Origin: an uncultured delta proteobacterium | Lineage (GTDB): Bacteria > Desulfobacterota > Binatia > UBA9968 | Assembly (NCBI GenBank): GCA_963816145.1 | Contig: CAWFJP010000030.1 | Span: 160,001 to 224,000 of the forward strand | Length of the DNA: 64,000 bases | Direction: 5' to 3' | Shown: positions 9,629 to 20,259 of the stretch, piece by piece | How positions within the stretch are numbered: the first letter of the stretch is position 1 | How the letters are laid out: each line of letters starts with the position of its first letter | Made by a program: the position numbers and the translations under genes | Notes under the pieces: model-generated | What the model was told of the DNA's origin: nothing | The model's input: the letters and a program-made list of their open reading frames with translations, nothing else | Databases searched by the model: none

Positions 9629-10750
9629 TTATGAAGCTGCCATGGACAGCCGTTGGACCTGTTCAGGTCGGCATTGCTGCAGCAAGACTTTTTTGAGCAT
9701 CGTCGGATTGACCGGCTTTTTGAAGATGACACCCTGCAAGCCTCCGAGGCAGCTGCGCTTGATGATGTGGTCTTTGTCGTAATTGAATGCCGTCATCAAG
9801 ACGACCGGCAGTCCGGGCATGTTTTTCTTGACGGTTTGGTACAGCTCGTAACCGTCCATGTCGGGCATGACGACATCGCTCAACACGACATCGAAGCGGT
9901 GCCGCCTCAACCACTCCATGGCATGGACTCCGGAGGCCGCGGTCTCGATGCAGCAGCGCTCCGACTCCAAGAGCTGCTTGAGCGACTGGCAGATGCTGGC
10001 GTCATCGTCGACGACCAAAATGTTCAAGCCGCTTAATGGATAACACGCGTCGGGCGACGGCCGGGCACAAGGTTTGTCGCTGGCTGCGGCATCGACATGG
10101 AGATCCGTCATCATCTTGCCGTCGAGGTACTCGGTCGTGCCGTACTCGCCCTCTTCGGCCATTTTGGCCATGCGCGTGGTGATATCTTGTATTTTGCGCA
10201 CCTGAGACGCCACGGAGTCGAGCCGGTCCGACTCGACAATGTAGTCTTCGTCGGTGGCGACGCGCTCGACATACTTCTTCATCAGTTCGGTCTGATTGAC
10301 CAGGACTTCCAAACTATTATTGATCTCGTGGGAAAGCCCGATGGCGATCTCGGCGAGCGTCACCAGTCGGTCGCGCCGGCGGATCTCGCGAATATCCTTA
10401 GCAAAACCAATCGAGCCGATCTCCTGACCCTGATCGTCGTAGATGATCGACGCAGAAATTGCCACTGGCATCTGCTCGCCTCGCTTGGTCTTGAATATGG
10501 TTTCGAAGTTTCTCACCCGCCCCCTGCCTTCGCCATCGCTCGCACGCATCGCCGCCATCACTCGGCGCGCTTCTTCGAGATTGGGATAGATCTCCAGGAC
10601 GTTTTTGCCTAAAACCTCGTCGAACGAAAAGCCGAGATTCTGCCGCGCACCGTCATTGTAGAAAGTAATCGTACCGTGACGATCGACCGAAATAATAATG
10701 TCGGGACAGCTCTCGACGAGCTTCTGAAAGTATTGAACCGGCAGGGCCAT
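9629..10750 (-). CDS. PAS - HisKA - receiver protein lacking an HATPase domain
   Basis: PAS (CPDIIISVD..FYNDGA), H-box GLSHEINNSL, then REC (ILVVDDD..LSDVVMPDMDG..MTA..KP); no N/G1/F/G2 boxes. Confidence 0.88.
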   Translation of the reverse strand: MALPVQYFQKLVESCPDIIISVDRHGTITFYNDGARQNLGFSFDEVLGKNVLEIYPNLEEARRVMAAMRASDGEGRGRVRNFETIFKTKRGEQMPVAISASIIYDDQGQEIGSIGFAKDIREIRRRDRLVTLAEIAIGLSHEINNSLEVLVNQTELMKKYVERVATDEDYIVESDRLDSVASQVRKIQDITTRMAKMAEEGEYGTTEYLDGKMMTDLHVDAAASDKPCARPSPDACYPLSGLNILVVDDDASICQSLKQLLESERCCIETAASGVHAMEWLRRHRFDVVLSDVVMPDMDGYELYQTVKKNMPGLPVVLMTAFNYDKDHIIKRSCLGGLQGVIFKKPVNPTMLKKVLLQQCRPEQVQRLSMAAS

Positions 10751-10864
10751 AGAGTCAGATGTTATCTTGTATCATAAGTCGAACGGCGTTATCAATGCAA
10801 GAGTCTTTTGAGACAACCCGTGTACGCGCCATTTTTCTCCCCTTAGTTCACTAACGATACGTTT

Positions 10865-12703
10865 ATGCAACCGACAAAAGATACCCGTCAGTTGAACTGG
10901 TTTCTCGCCTGGGCGGTGGTGTTCTGCGATATCGGCACGTCGGTCTATTACGTTCCCGGCATCATGTACGGCCATGTCAAAGACGCCACGCCGTTTTTCG
11001 TCTTACTGACCACCGGCGGGTTCATCCTGCTCGCGCTGAAATACATCGAAATCAGCTGGCGCAATCCCGAAGGCGGCGGTGTCGTCACCATCACCACCAA
11101 AGCGTTCGGCCCCATGTGGGGATGCTTGGGCGGTATGCTGATCACGGTGGATTATTTTCTCACCACCGCGATCTCGTCGGTCTCCGGCTTTCAATACATC
11201 GGCAGCGCCTTTCCATCCCTCGATGGCCATATCATGGTGCTCGCCTGCATCGGCATCGGCGTCCTCGCGCTGCTCAACCTGATCGGCATTCGTGAAAGTG
11301 CGGGCGTCTCGCTGGTGATGGCCTGCGCGTCGTTCGTCGTCAATATGATCGTCATCGTCATCGCCATCTTCACGATGAATGCCGAACAATGGGGGGCGGT
11401 GCTCAGCCGGCTCGGCACCGGCAACAACATCTCGACCTATCAACTCATGGTCGGTTTCTCCTCGGCCTGGCTCGCCTTCTCGGGCCTTGAGAGCATCAGC
11501 CAACTGAGCCCAACCATGCGGCTGCCATTGCGCCGAACCACCCGCTGGGCCATGGCGGCGGTCATCATCACGATGGTCTTGACATCGCCGGTGTTGACGG
11601 CGCTATCCATTGGCCTGCTTCCGGAACATTTCAAAGCTGCCGAGAGTGAACGGTTTATCTCCGAGCTGGGACGAATCACCGGTGGGCTGGGGATCAAGCT
11701 CGCTGTCGTGCTCACGGCATCGAGCTTGCTGCTGTTCGCCTCCAATACAGCGATCATCGGTTCATATCATGTCTTTCTGGCCCTGGTGAAAGGCGAATTT
11801 CTTCCCAAAATCATTTCCCTGCGAAGCAAGACATTTAATACCCCCTATATCGCCATCGGCATCGCCACGATGATTCCGGTCATGGTGATCCTGGCCAGCC
11901 AAGGCGACATGAAGATATTGGGCGACATGTACGCCTTTGGGTTATTGGGTGCCTTCGTGTTTTCCTCTCTTAGCTTGGACTCGATTCGCTGGAACTTGGG
12001 CCGGCGCGACTTGGGCTTTTGGATCGGCGTCTTGACGACCCTTATGGTCACCGGCGCCTGGGGTGTAAATCTTGTCGAAAAACAGCTGGCGACGTTGTTC
12101 GGCAGCAGCGTCACGTTGATCGGCATGCTGATCGCCGTCGGCGTGCGTCGCTCCTGGTTTGTCGATGCCCTGACCAAGATACCGTTGATTCAACGCCTGC
12201 AAGCGCGCGCCTACCGGGCTTCGGAAGGTCTCGTTGAAGACGAACTCAAAGGCCTGGTCACCCTGGCTGAAGCCGTCGAACTCAAAGCACTCTACCCGTC
12301 GACGACCATGCTGGCCATACGCGACGAAAGCCCGCGGCTCATTCAAGAGGGCATCACGCGGGCCAAAGGCAAAGGCGAGTCGGCAATTTACTGCATCTAT
12401 GTCGAAGAGTGGCCTGGGTTGTTCGCCGGCGACACACCCCATACCCCAAACGAAGAGGGCGTCCAAACTCTACGCGCCACGCTGCAAGCGGTGCGCGAGA
12501 AAAACATCGAAATCATTCCCATATGGACCGTCGCCCACAACGCCGCCGACGCCATCGCCAACGCCGCCAAAGCCCTCGACGTCGATACCGTCTTCATCGG
12601 CGCCTCGCGCCGCTCGGCGTTCTACCACATGTTGCGCGGCCATGTAATCAAAGGATTAATGAAAAAGCTGCCTAGAGACTGCCACTTGATGATCTGCAAT
12701 TGA
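10865..12703 (+). CDS. APC-family permease with C-terminal USP domain (KimA/YdaO-like)
   Basis: DIGTSVYY, PEGGG, DYFLTTAIS, FSGLESIS, YAFG; USP tail IGASRRSAFYHMLRGHV. Confidence 0.85.
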   Translation: MQPTKDTRQLNWFLAWAVVFCDIGTSVYYVPGIMYGHVKDATPFFVLLTTGGFILLALKYIEISWRNPEGGGVVTITTKAFGPMWGCLGGMLITVDYFLTTAISSVSGFQYIGSAFPSLDGHIMVLACIGIGVLALLNLIGIRESAGVSLVMACASFVVNMIVIVIAIFTMNAEQWGAVLSRLGTGNNISTYQLMVGFSSAWLAFSGLESISQLSPTMRLPLRRTTRWAMAAVIITMVLTSPVLTALSIGLLPEHFKAAESERFISELGRITGGLGIKLAVVLTASSLLLFASNTAIIGSYHVFLALVKGEFLPKIISLRSKTFNTPYIAIGIATMIPVMVILASQGDMKILGDMYAFGLLGAFVFSSLSLDSIRWNLGRRDLGFWIGVLTTLMVTGAWGVNLVEKQLATLFGSSVTLIGMLIAVGVRRSWFVDALTKIPLIQRLQARAYRASEGLVEDELKGLVTLAEAVELKALYPSTTMLAIRDESPRLIQEGITRAKGKGESAIYCIYVEEWPGLFAGDTPHTPNEEGVQTLRATLQAVREKNIEIIPIWTVAHNAADAIANAAKALDVDTVFIGASRRSAFYHMLRGHVIKGLMKKLPRDCHLMICN

Positions 12704-12879
12704 AATCGTCTCAATGAAAAACTGCGGCGATCTTATCCTAAGCAATAGCGAAGGATCTCACCTCTCCCAATACTCAACAACTTTGACCGTGGACAATCGC
12801 CATCGTCAGAAAGCGAATAGGGAGCGACTGTCCGCGAATGCAGATAGCAGGTCCCGCCGTGCTAAATAGCACGACCCCG

Positions 12880-12907
12880 TTGACACCGAAGATTTGAATC
12901 CGATACT
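12880..12907 (+). promoter_or_regulatory. Putative sigma70 promoter
   Basis: TTGACA-N16-GATACT ending 17 nt before ATG 12925. Confidence 0.4.
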
Positions 12908-12924
12908 CTGCCGACCCTGATCAC

Positions 12925-13818
12925 ATGAAGCGATTTATCCGCATTTCAGTATTCTTGCTGATATCACTCCTGGCTGCTGTCTCATCTGCCGACTTTACCG
13001 GCATAGGCCACGTCCATACGCTCGCGGAGACCAAACAGGTCTTTTTGAATCCTGACTGCCGCTCTACCAGCAGCTGCGATCTCAAGCGATTCACCCTGAC
13101 CAAGGTGGTGAACGAGATTTGGTTCAGCGACAACGCTGATTATCCTACTTACAGTAACGGTGTGATCATGGAATATGAGACCGATTCCGTTGCTGCCCTG
13201 GAGAAATACGCCATCGTGCAGTTCAAAAAAGGCTGCGTATTCGACAGCTACAAGAATCGAGCGGGCAAGATCCAGCGAAACATCACCGACACAGTGGGGA
13301 GCTTTGGCGAGCAAATCCCTTTTTGCTTTCACCGATGGGTGATCGATTCGCTGGACCGCGATCCAGCCTACAATAGCGATCCAGATTACGGCAGATTTTA
13401 CTTATTGCGGTGGAACAATCCTGGATCTTACGACAACCGGACCCAAAAATATTACGGCGCCGAAAAACCGAAAACGCCCGTTGTCTACATGGCCGACTAT
13501 CCCGCTGGCGCCTTTATTTCCCGCACTGGAGTCAGAAATGTCGCACTAGAGTTCAACACCTGCATCTACAAAGCTAGCGACGTTCCCGCAGAGACCAGCA
13601 GAGACAACCTAAACTTTGCCCAGCCCATCAGCTGCTTTGAATGGCAGAACGTTTATGTCTACGACTTTGCCAAGGCAAGATTCCAGAGCGACTTGGCGGT
13701 TCTTCCCAGCTGGGAAGAACCGCCCGCGCCGGTCGAGATTTATCAACGCATGTTCATTGTCACTCTGTTGATGATGATCGTATTCATTGGTTATTTGGGC
13801 TGGCGGAGATTCCGCTGA
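12925..13818 (+). CDS. Hypothetical exported protein with C-terminal membrane anchor
   Basis: Signal peptide MKRFIRISVFLLISLLAAVSSA; several Cys; C-terminal TM helix followed by WRRFR. Confidence 0.75.
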   Translation: MKRFIRISVFLLISLLAAVSSADFTGIGHVHTLAETKQVFLNPDCRSTSSCDLKRFTLTKVVNEIWFSDNADYPTYSNGVIMEYETDSVAALEKYAIVQFKKGCVFDSYKNRAGKIQRNITDTVGSFGEQIPFCFHRWVIDSLDRDPAYNSDPDYGRFYLLRWNNPGSYDNRTQKYYGAEKPKTPVVYMADYPAGAFISRTGVRNVALEFNTCIYKASDVPAETSRDNLNFAQPISCFEWQNVYVYDFAKARFQSDLAVLPSWEEPPAPVEIYQRMFIVTLLMMIVFIGYLGWRRFR

Positions 13819-14061
13819 CACAAAAGCCGATTGGTTCTTATCCTATCACCCAACGCTACGGCTTTGGCTGCACAGCTCGACTTCCCGTCAAGAAGGTCGC
13901 CGCAGGCTGGGCTGGATGCTCGCGTGCATGATCGCGCGCGAGCTCCAGATTGCCGCTAATCGCTTCCGCTAAGCTAGTCATCGCTGGGTAAATCTCTGGC
14001 ACAAACCTCGCCCTCTTCAACTATGTCAGGTGCACGAAATCGCCATAACCAGCTGAATCAA

Positions 14062-14996
14062 TCAAGAAAAAAACGGTCTCAATGCTCGCCGAATGAGCTT
14101 ACTGTGCTCCCAGTTGATTCTTCTCAACCAGGACGGGTAGCGATCTCTTTGAGTCTCCAAAAGATAGCGGACACTACGCACAAAATTAAAGTGGCCAGCG
14201 GAAAAATCCTGGTCCTGTATGGTAAACCCCGCAAGTTCCGCAAGCGTCCGTAAAGTCTTCGGCGAATAGGAAATCACATGGCGGGGCACGTCGAGCGCGT
14301 ACCAACTTCTCGCCAAACAACCGGAAAACCAAATTCTGAGTGTTGGGGACCTTTACATAAACTAATCCATCAGGCCGAAGAATTCGATAAATTTCGTCAA
14401 ACGTGGTTCGGGGATTCGGCAAGTGTTCAAGCACAGTGCTTAAGTGCACGACATCAAAAAAGCTGTCGGTAAAACCAGCAGCCTCAACCGTGCCGTTAAA
14501 CACGTTCAAGCCGAGCGATCGGGCCCGTTGGCAACCGGTTCCGCTAGGTTCAACGGCGAAGGTATTTCACCCCACTGTTTCAATCGAAATAGGTAGGAGC
14601 CTCCTCCCGTGCCGATATCGAGCACTTTACCGGAACCGCGATAAGGGATGGCCCCTTTGGCGGTCACCCACGACAGCACTCTTGCCGCCATCCGAGTAAC
14701 GCGGCTCTTGCGTAAGCTCGATTGTGAAGGATAGCCGTAATGATGTTCCACAATAAAGCGACGCCAATCATGGTGGCGCTTCTTTTGAAGTGATTCACGG
14801 TGGCGAAACCGACCATAATCCGCCGGATAATAGCGCAACAACTCTTGGGCAGTATGCCAAGGTTGAATGAAATAGGCTTGGCAATATTCGCAATGATAGA
14901 TCGAGAACTCGCCGGCAATCCGATGAACTCGGTCTCGACCCGAGAACCGGCGTTGACCGTCCGGCTGACAACACGAAGGACGCTCAATCATACCCA
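14062..14996 (-). pseudogene. Class I SAM-dependent methyltransferase (Zn-ribbon N-terminus), frameshifted into three pieces
   Basis: Consecutive fragments VLDIGTGGGSYL (14506-14996), FDVVHLSTVLEHLPNP..LRPDG..VPN (14186-14509), LDVPRHVISYSPKTL..AGF (14062-14316). Confidence 0.8.
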
Positions 14997-15544
14997 TCTC
15001 CGTCGTTGTCGAGGCAGCGGCGTTTCGCCGCTGCCCAACAGGAAAAACGATTTCAAGCCGTCGCACCGGTACGGTGAAACAAGCCCCGTTGGACAAACAA
15101 AGGGGCTAGGCCTGAACGGAGGATGAAGTGTCGGAAACGGAAGAACGCGGCAAGGCAATCCGGTGGCGACGAGATGCTTTAAGACCCAAAAAATTCAATT
15201 CACGGGCCAAGAAGACTGAAGCTAAGATTTCACTGGAAGACTGGACTTCAGGGAAGATGCCAAACTTCAGTACACCGAAATTTGGCGTAAATACCGGGTT
15301 GATATCGGTGACGTTTTCAGCGATGAAGATCTCGCTCTTGCCCGCCGGTGTTGGTGCACGTTGGGAGCCATCAAGATCCAAGACATCGAACAAAAGGTAG
15401 GAGCTGACGATAATTGAGCAAGCAATATTGAACGCGGAACCACAGACTACGACGCGGGAGAAATACCAACGGATTCATAAATTCGACTTCTTGAGTTTTG
15501 ATCAATCAATGACTCTAGTCAAGATAACCGTCTGCCGCTCCGAA

Positions 15545-15903
15545 TCAACCCCTAGGAACGATGTGCTTAAAGAACTCCTCCGCGACTTCCAGCAATGGGC
15601 TCTCCTTTAGTTCTCTTGTAAGACCTCGGGCCATGACGATCTGACTCCAATCTTCCTGAATGCGGTTCCGAAGCATGTCAATTCGTTGTTGGCTCGCATG
15701 ATGGAGCAGCAATCTTCGGAGCATGTTCACATCCGATTGCAGATCAGTTTCATCATCTTTCAGGTCGATCATCTTCTCGCGCATGCGCCAACACGCGTAA
15801 TCGCAGCCACGGGCATCGAGCACAGCGGCTTCGACAGCATGGGCGATGATCGCTAGCCATGAAATAAATAGACAAGCCGCTATGCGATCTCTTTGAGGAT
15901 CAT
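15545..15903 (-). pseudogene. Small exported helical protein, probably frameshifted near its start
   Basis: GGGAGA RBS + ATG at 15903 closes after 7 codons, while a hydrophobic signal-like stretch (CLFISWLAIIAHAVEA) continues in the frame of ORF 15545-15823; sigma54 promoter upstream. Confidence 0.4.
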
Positions 15904-15945
15904 AGAAATTTCTCCCGTCACGTTATTTGATGTATGGCAAATCTT

Positions 15946-15961
15946 AGCAAGGCGCACGCCA
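15946..15961 (-). promoter_or_regulatory. sigma54 (-24/-12) promoter
   Basis: Minus strand TGGCGTGCGCCTTGCT = GG-N10-GC, about 40 nt before ATG 15903. Confidence 0.65.
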
Positions 15962-16124
15962 GAAACTTTTTCCCGACGCATGAAACCGATTCGAGGATTG
16001 ATACTCCGTCGCGACGAATCCGGGCGTGGGCAAATGGCAACGTGGCGCGCAAAAGCGTCTCAGTTTTACAGTCACCCGGGATCCTCTTCGCATGGTTCAC
16101 AGTGATTTCCCTCATATTGCCGCG

Positions 16125-16140
16125 TGGCATATTGCTTGCT
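16125..16140 (+). promoter_or_regulatory. sigma54 (-24/-12) promoter
   Basis: TGGCATATTGCTTGCT = GG-N10-GC upstream of CDS 16304. Confidence 0.7.
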
Positions 16141-16303
16141 GATTAGCGTGCACAAGATTCACAAAGTGCAAAGTCCCGTGTCGAAAGAAGGTGAGTGAAT
16201 AATGAAACGCTTCACAGCCGAGACATTGTGATGGTTCGATAACAGCAACATCGACGATTAGCGCCGCATCGACGGCATTAAAACAGAAAAAGGAGATAGG
16301 ATT

Positions 16304-16612
16304 ATGAAACACATCGGAACTACGTTATCCATGTTGGTTTTGGCTGGCTCTTTGGCTGGCAGCGCGATGGCAGCGGACAATGATGCGCCGGTAAGAGCAG
16401 CGACGGGCGAAAACTATTGCAACATGAGATTTCCCGCGATGACCCAAAAGAGTCTTGCGAGTAATCACCCGCAACTCAAGAACGCGCAGACGGGCGACAT
16501 GATCGACTATTCGGGTCCCTGCGACGAGACCCCGACCGGGAAGGATCAGGTTCAAAAACAGACGCACGAAGAGTCGTTTATGTTTGGCCGAGCTTACGCA
16601 GACGGCGAATGA
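16304..16612 (+). CDS. Small secreted protein with Cys pair
   Basis: AGGAG RBS, signal peptide ending AMA-A, YCNMRFPA...DMIDYSGPCDE. Confidence 0.8.
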   Translation: MKHIGTTLSMLVLAGSLAGSAMAADNDAPVRAATGENYCNMRFPAMTQKSLASNHPQLKNAQTGDMIDYSGPCDETPTGKDQVQKQTHEESFMFGRAYADGE

Positions 16613-16632
16613 GCCGTGTCGAAACCACCGCC

Positions 16633-16668
16633 GCGCGGCGAGAAATAATCTCGCCGCGCCATTTTTTT
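16633..16668 (+). terminator. Rho-independent terminator
   Basis: gcgcggcgaga-aataa-tctcgccgcgc stem-loop followed by T7. Confidence 0.85.
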
Positions 16669-16933
16669 GAAACCCAACTCGTCGAAATTATCATCTTTCC
16701 GGCCCACCCACTAAGCTGCAAGCGTGTCTAACAATGCACTCCATCATAATAATAGACTTACTCACCGCCAGGAAGCGATCCTCATGTTCCGTAGCGATCG
16801 TATCTAAGTTATCAACCGCCGGCCAATTGCGACCGAAAGGAATTATCATTAAAAGAATCGGTGAGGTCTGAATCACGAGGCTAATATCGGCCGAACCGCG
16901 TCAATATGCGGTTTTCTGTGCGCTGTCTGCCTC

Positions 16934-17480
16934 TTGCTGACCGGCGTCCCTTGCACTGCCGTCGCTGCTGAGCCAATGGACCAACTGAGCTTCACCGTCA
17001 AAAAACTTACCGATCTGCTCGCAGACACACCGGCTGCGAATCGACCGAACGACGAACTGCTCACAAATCTCATCAGGCTTTCTGATCAATGGTTCGAGTT
17101 TGCTGCCATGGCAGCAAGATCACTCGGCAGCCATGGGCCCGAACTATCGCCTGAGGAGCGCCGCCAGTTTGTCGAGGTCTTTACCGTTTATGCGCTGGGC
17201 TCGTACACCGATGGGTTGAAATCGCAAATCAGCGCGAAAATCTCCTTCGACCGCAAAATCCAGAGGGGAGATAACGCCGAGGTCGAAACATCATTGGTAA
17301 CCAGCAACCGCGCAAAGCTTTCGATTAACTACAAACTGCACCGTGTCGGCGAAAGCTGGAAGGCTTATGACGTCGATTTCGAACACGTGAGTGTACTAAA
17401 TACCATTCCTCGCAGTTCAACCAAATCATAGAACGGACATCGCTCGATGATTTGATCCACCGAATGAAGGAACATAGCTC
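16934..17480 (+). pseudogene. MlaC/Ttg2-like phospholipid-binding protein, frameshifted near 3' end
   Basis: FEFAAMAARSLG..LSPEERRQFVEVF..INYKLH..WKAYDV; the conserved tail SQFNQIIERTSLDDLI lies in another frame after ~17405. Confidence 0.75.
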
Positions 17481-17694
17481 GAACGGTTCATCGGCAGCGT
17501 ATGCGGTTGTGCCGACGGCGTGGGAAGCGGGACGAACTATCCCCCCCGGCCAATGGCAAAGCCACTTTAGTCGAATCGAAGAACGATCTTTACCAGGCCG
17601 CAATTCGCGGTGAAGGGAATGTTCAGCAACGACGGCACGAGAACTCTTGGGAATGAATGACGGCTGGACGAAAACAGTGCTACTCGCCGGAGAA

Positions 17695-17922
17695 TCAGAC
17701 AGTGTTAACGCCGTCAAGATGTCGTGCGACAGAATACCGGGAGATTCCGGCGTGACGGATGCCTTCTATGAATTTGAGCTTAGTGCTGATCTTTATATCA
17801 ACGATCATGTCACTTCGTTCGACACCGGAGTGATCGGCTGAGCTGGCGGGTTGAGCCGCGGCAACGATGGCGCCTTCGGCCCGGTGGAGGCCCAGTTGGT
17901 CGGCCAGATGGTCGGCGGCCAT
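17695..17922 (-). pseudogene. PDZ-domain remnant of an HtrA/DegP-like protease
   Basis: LADQLGLHRAEGAIVAAAQPASSADHSGVERSDMIVDI matches the HtrA PDZ1 pattern; no protease domain. Confidence 0.5.
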
Positions 17923-18033
17923 CCCACGGCCAATCCGAAATCACCGTCCGCGAATTTCGTCGCGGCGTCGTTTTCTTTCACTGCGCCGTCGGCCATAAGG
18001 CGAGCTATACGCCGCTGCCATGGCGCATCATGT

Positions 18034-18441
18034 TCAATGGTCGGTTTTGTTCTGCTTCCTGCCCGGCCAATAACTGGCGGGACGCTGAGCGGCTCGTTCT
18101 GCCAACGCGATTTCCTTCCACGCCATCAGCCCCTGGCGCAGATAGGCCGGCGCGAACCCAAGTTCCGTGCAAATATTTTCGAAGGAGAAGAAATAATTTG
18201 GATCCGAGTCCGAGATCCACCGTTCCGCTTCGAGAAATAGTTGCTGCTTTCTGTTACCGTTTGCGCCGAGGTTTCCTTGAAAACAAGCTATCGCATCCCA
18301 CAGCACAGCGAGCATCAGCAGTTTTTCTGACTCTAGACTTAAGGTTCTCATACAGGTGGCACGAAACTGTTCGGGGATGAGAATGTCCGGCTGAAAGATC
18401 GCAAGCGCCTTATCAGAGTCGGGAGCACCAGACGTCGGCAT
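18034..18441 (-). CDS. Conserved hypothetical protein
   Basis: GAGAGG RBS before ATG 18441; FQPDILIPEQF..EKLLMLAVLWDAI..EAERWI..FSFENICTELG..YLR pattern. Confidence 0.7.
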   Translation of the reverse strand: MPTSGAPDSDKALAIFQPDILIPEQFRATCMRTLSLESEKLLMLAVLWDAIACFQGNLGANGNRKQQLFLEAERWISDSDPNYFFSFENICTELGFAPAYLRQGLMAWKEIALAERAAQRPASYWPGRKQNKTDH

Positions 18442-18839
18442 ACCTCTCACCCAGCGAAATGAAGCGTCGTTTCTGAGTTGTATGGATTGGCTAGCTGCTT
18501 TCTTGGCCCGCACTCGAATCCCTCCCGGCGTTTTGGTCTTGCTCCTTAGCTTAGAGCAACTGCCGGGCCAGCCGATCTCGGCCGGAATCCCCGGGTGATT
18601 TAATCGGTGCGTCGATTTCAGCCTGCCATTTCGCCACACCCTCCACGCAAATGCGCCCCAGCTCGCTGCCCGACCAGGAATGTTAAGAGTAGCTCCATTA
18701 CGAGGGATAGTGCTGCGCCAGAGCCACAATACCAACCGCACCGACATTTCACCCAGTCATTCTAAGTAAATTGACCTTATGGCTCATCCCAACCATTCGT
18801 CCCGCCTAGCTATCAAGCTGTCTTACAAGTATTTAGCAC

Positions 18840-18855
18840 TGGCTTCGGATTTGCT
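18840..18855 (+). promoter_or_regulatory. sigma54 (-24/-12) promoter
   Basis: TGGCTTCGGATTTGCT = GG-N10-GC upstream of the 18880/19027 ORFs. Confidence 0.55.
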
Positions 18856-19026
18856 CTCTCCAAGAGTAGAACTTGGTGAAATGCATATCCCCGCCGAACC
18901 GAGCGCTGACTATGACCAGTATTTTTCACGTCGACATCGCCTCGACAATGGTTCTTGCCCCGGCGGGTCAGCAGACCCGGTGGCGGCGCATTAATCATTT
19001 GATGACTCAAAAATTTCGCGTATAGA

Positions 19027-19623
19027 ATGTGGCGAATCCCGATCATGAACTTGTGTTTCATCCTGGTCCTGATAACGATTTTAGCGTTACGGCACTCCGC
19101 GGTTGTGTTTGTACCTGACAAATTTTCATATGAGTCTGCTAATAACCGCGGCTTATTCCAGAAGCATCGGATTGTAAGTTCGCTGGGCAATCAAATACAA
19201 GCTGCCCTCGGTAACCTGAGCGATATGGGGCAGCGTTCGCGAATAATTAAAGAATGGTTTCTGGAGTACAAAAACGCCTCGTGGGAAATTCTTCGCGCCG
19301 CCCGCGGCGCCGAATCCGATCTGGTGCAAGCGAGATTTCACATCGCGAACGCAGAAGCTTTTGGCGCCGCGACCGGTCACAAGCAAAGGGCCAAAAAAGA
19401 GCTCATCCGCGCCGATGGCTATTTGCAACACGCTGTTACGGACGTTGCGAGCAATTTGAAGCCCGTCGTGAACGCCATCCGTAAAGAAATTACCGACGCA
19501 AAGTTCGACCTGGAGATGGACCGCCCTGACACCGATATTAATGATGAAAAAATCAAAAACGACTTGGATTCGGTGATCCAATTGCTGCGCGGTAAATCAC
19601 TCCAACCGGTTTCAAAAAGGTAG
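19027..19623 (+). CDS. Hypothetical membrane-anchored helical protein
   Basis: N-terminal hydrophobic segment, 198 aa helical ORF; start uncertain. Confidence 0.6.
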   Translation: MWRIPIMNLCFILVLITILALRHSAVVFVPDKFSYESANNRGLFQKHRIVSSLGNQIQAALGNLSDMGQRSRIIKEWFLEYKNASWEILRAARGAESDLVQARFHIANAEAFGAATGHKQRAKKELIRADGYLQHAVTDVASNLKPVVNAIRKEITDAKFDLEMDRPDTDINDEKIKNDLDSVIQLLRGKSLQPVSKR

Positions 19624-19734
19624 CCGCAACGGCCTTATAGTAAACAGCCGAAGCCGGCTATAACTCCAATCAGTGCACCGTTATGAACTGCTTACTTTAT
19701 GCACGAAATTCCGGCGGGGATCGATTGAATGTTT

Positions 19735-20112
19735 TCAGCGCAGTCGGCCACTGCCGGGCGGCTCACCCAAGGCGAGCTCAACCGCTTCGAGCAATTGCGC
19801 TTTGGTAAAAGGTTTCGATAGTAGCGCAATTCCTTTGCACGCTGTATAGGCCTGCAACGCCTGATCCGCAAAAGCCGATGCCAAGATAATTTTTAAACTC
19901 GGACGCTCTTGCAAAATCGCCTCGGCCAAATCAGCGCCGAGCACTAGCGGCATACGTTGATCGATGATGCATAGATCGAAAGCATCGTCGGTCATCAACT
20001 TGTAAGCGGCAAGACCATCAGCTATACAGACCGCGCCGATACCAACGTCAGCCAGTAATTCTACCAACAACCGGCCGAAGACTTCATCGTCATCGATCAC
20101 CAGTACCCGCAT
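19735..20112 (-). CDS. Single-domain response regulator
   Basis: MRVLVIDDD..IIDQRMP..LASA..SKPF; GGAGGAAGG RBS before ATG 20112. Confidence 0.88.
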   Translation of the reverse strand: MRVLVIDDDEVFGRLLVELLADVGIGAVCIADGLAAYKLMTDDAFDLCIIDQRMPLVLGADLAEAILQERPSLKIILASAFADQALQAYTACKGIALLSKPFTKAQLLEAVELALGEPPGSGRLR

Positions 20113-20140
20113 CAGGCCTTCCTCCCATCGATGATCTGAG

Positions 20141-20156
20141 TGCAAGGGGAGTGCCG
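20141..20156 (-). promoter_or_regulatory. sigma54 (-24/-12) promoter
   Basis: Minus strand CGGCACTCCCCTTGCA, near-consensus, 28 nt before ATG 20112. Confidence 0.7.
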
Positions 20157-20259
20157 CAGCGTGGTTCGATGGCGGTGAGCGGATTTAGCCAGCAGAATCG
20201 ATTCGATTAGCGCGACCGCCGATCGGCCGGGTCGCAACTCGCTACCGACGACGTTAATT

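Noticed and set aside
10751-10864. c-di-AMP (ydaO) riboswitch ahead of the KimA-like gene
   Set aside because: Spacer is only 114 nt, shared with a divergent gene, and shows no recognisable aptamer
8300-12760. Two AGCGA(T)AGC..AAGGATCTC motifs (about 8308 and 12740)
   Set aside because: Probably eroded REP halves; too degenerate to call
15106-15480. Small ORFs on either strand
   Set aside because: Possibly another broken gene, but the strand and frame cannot be supported
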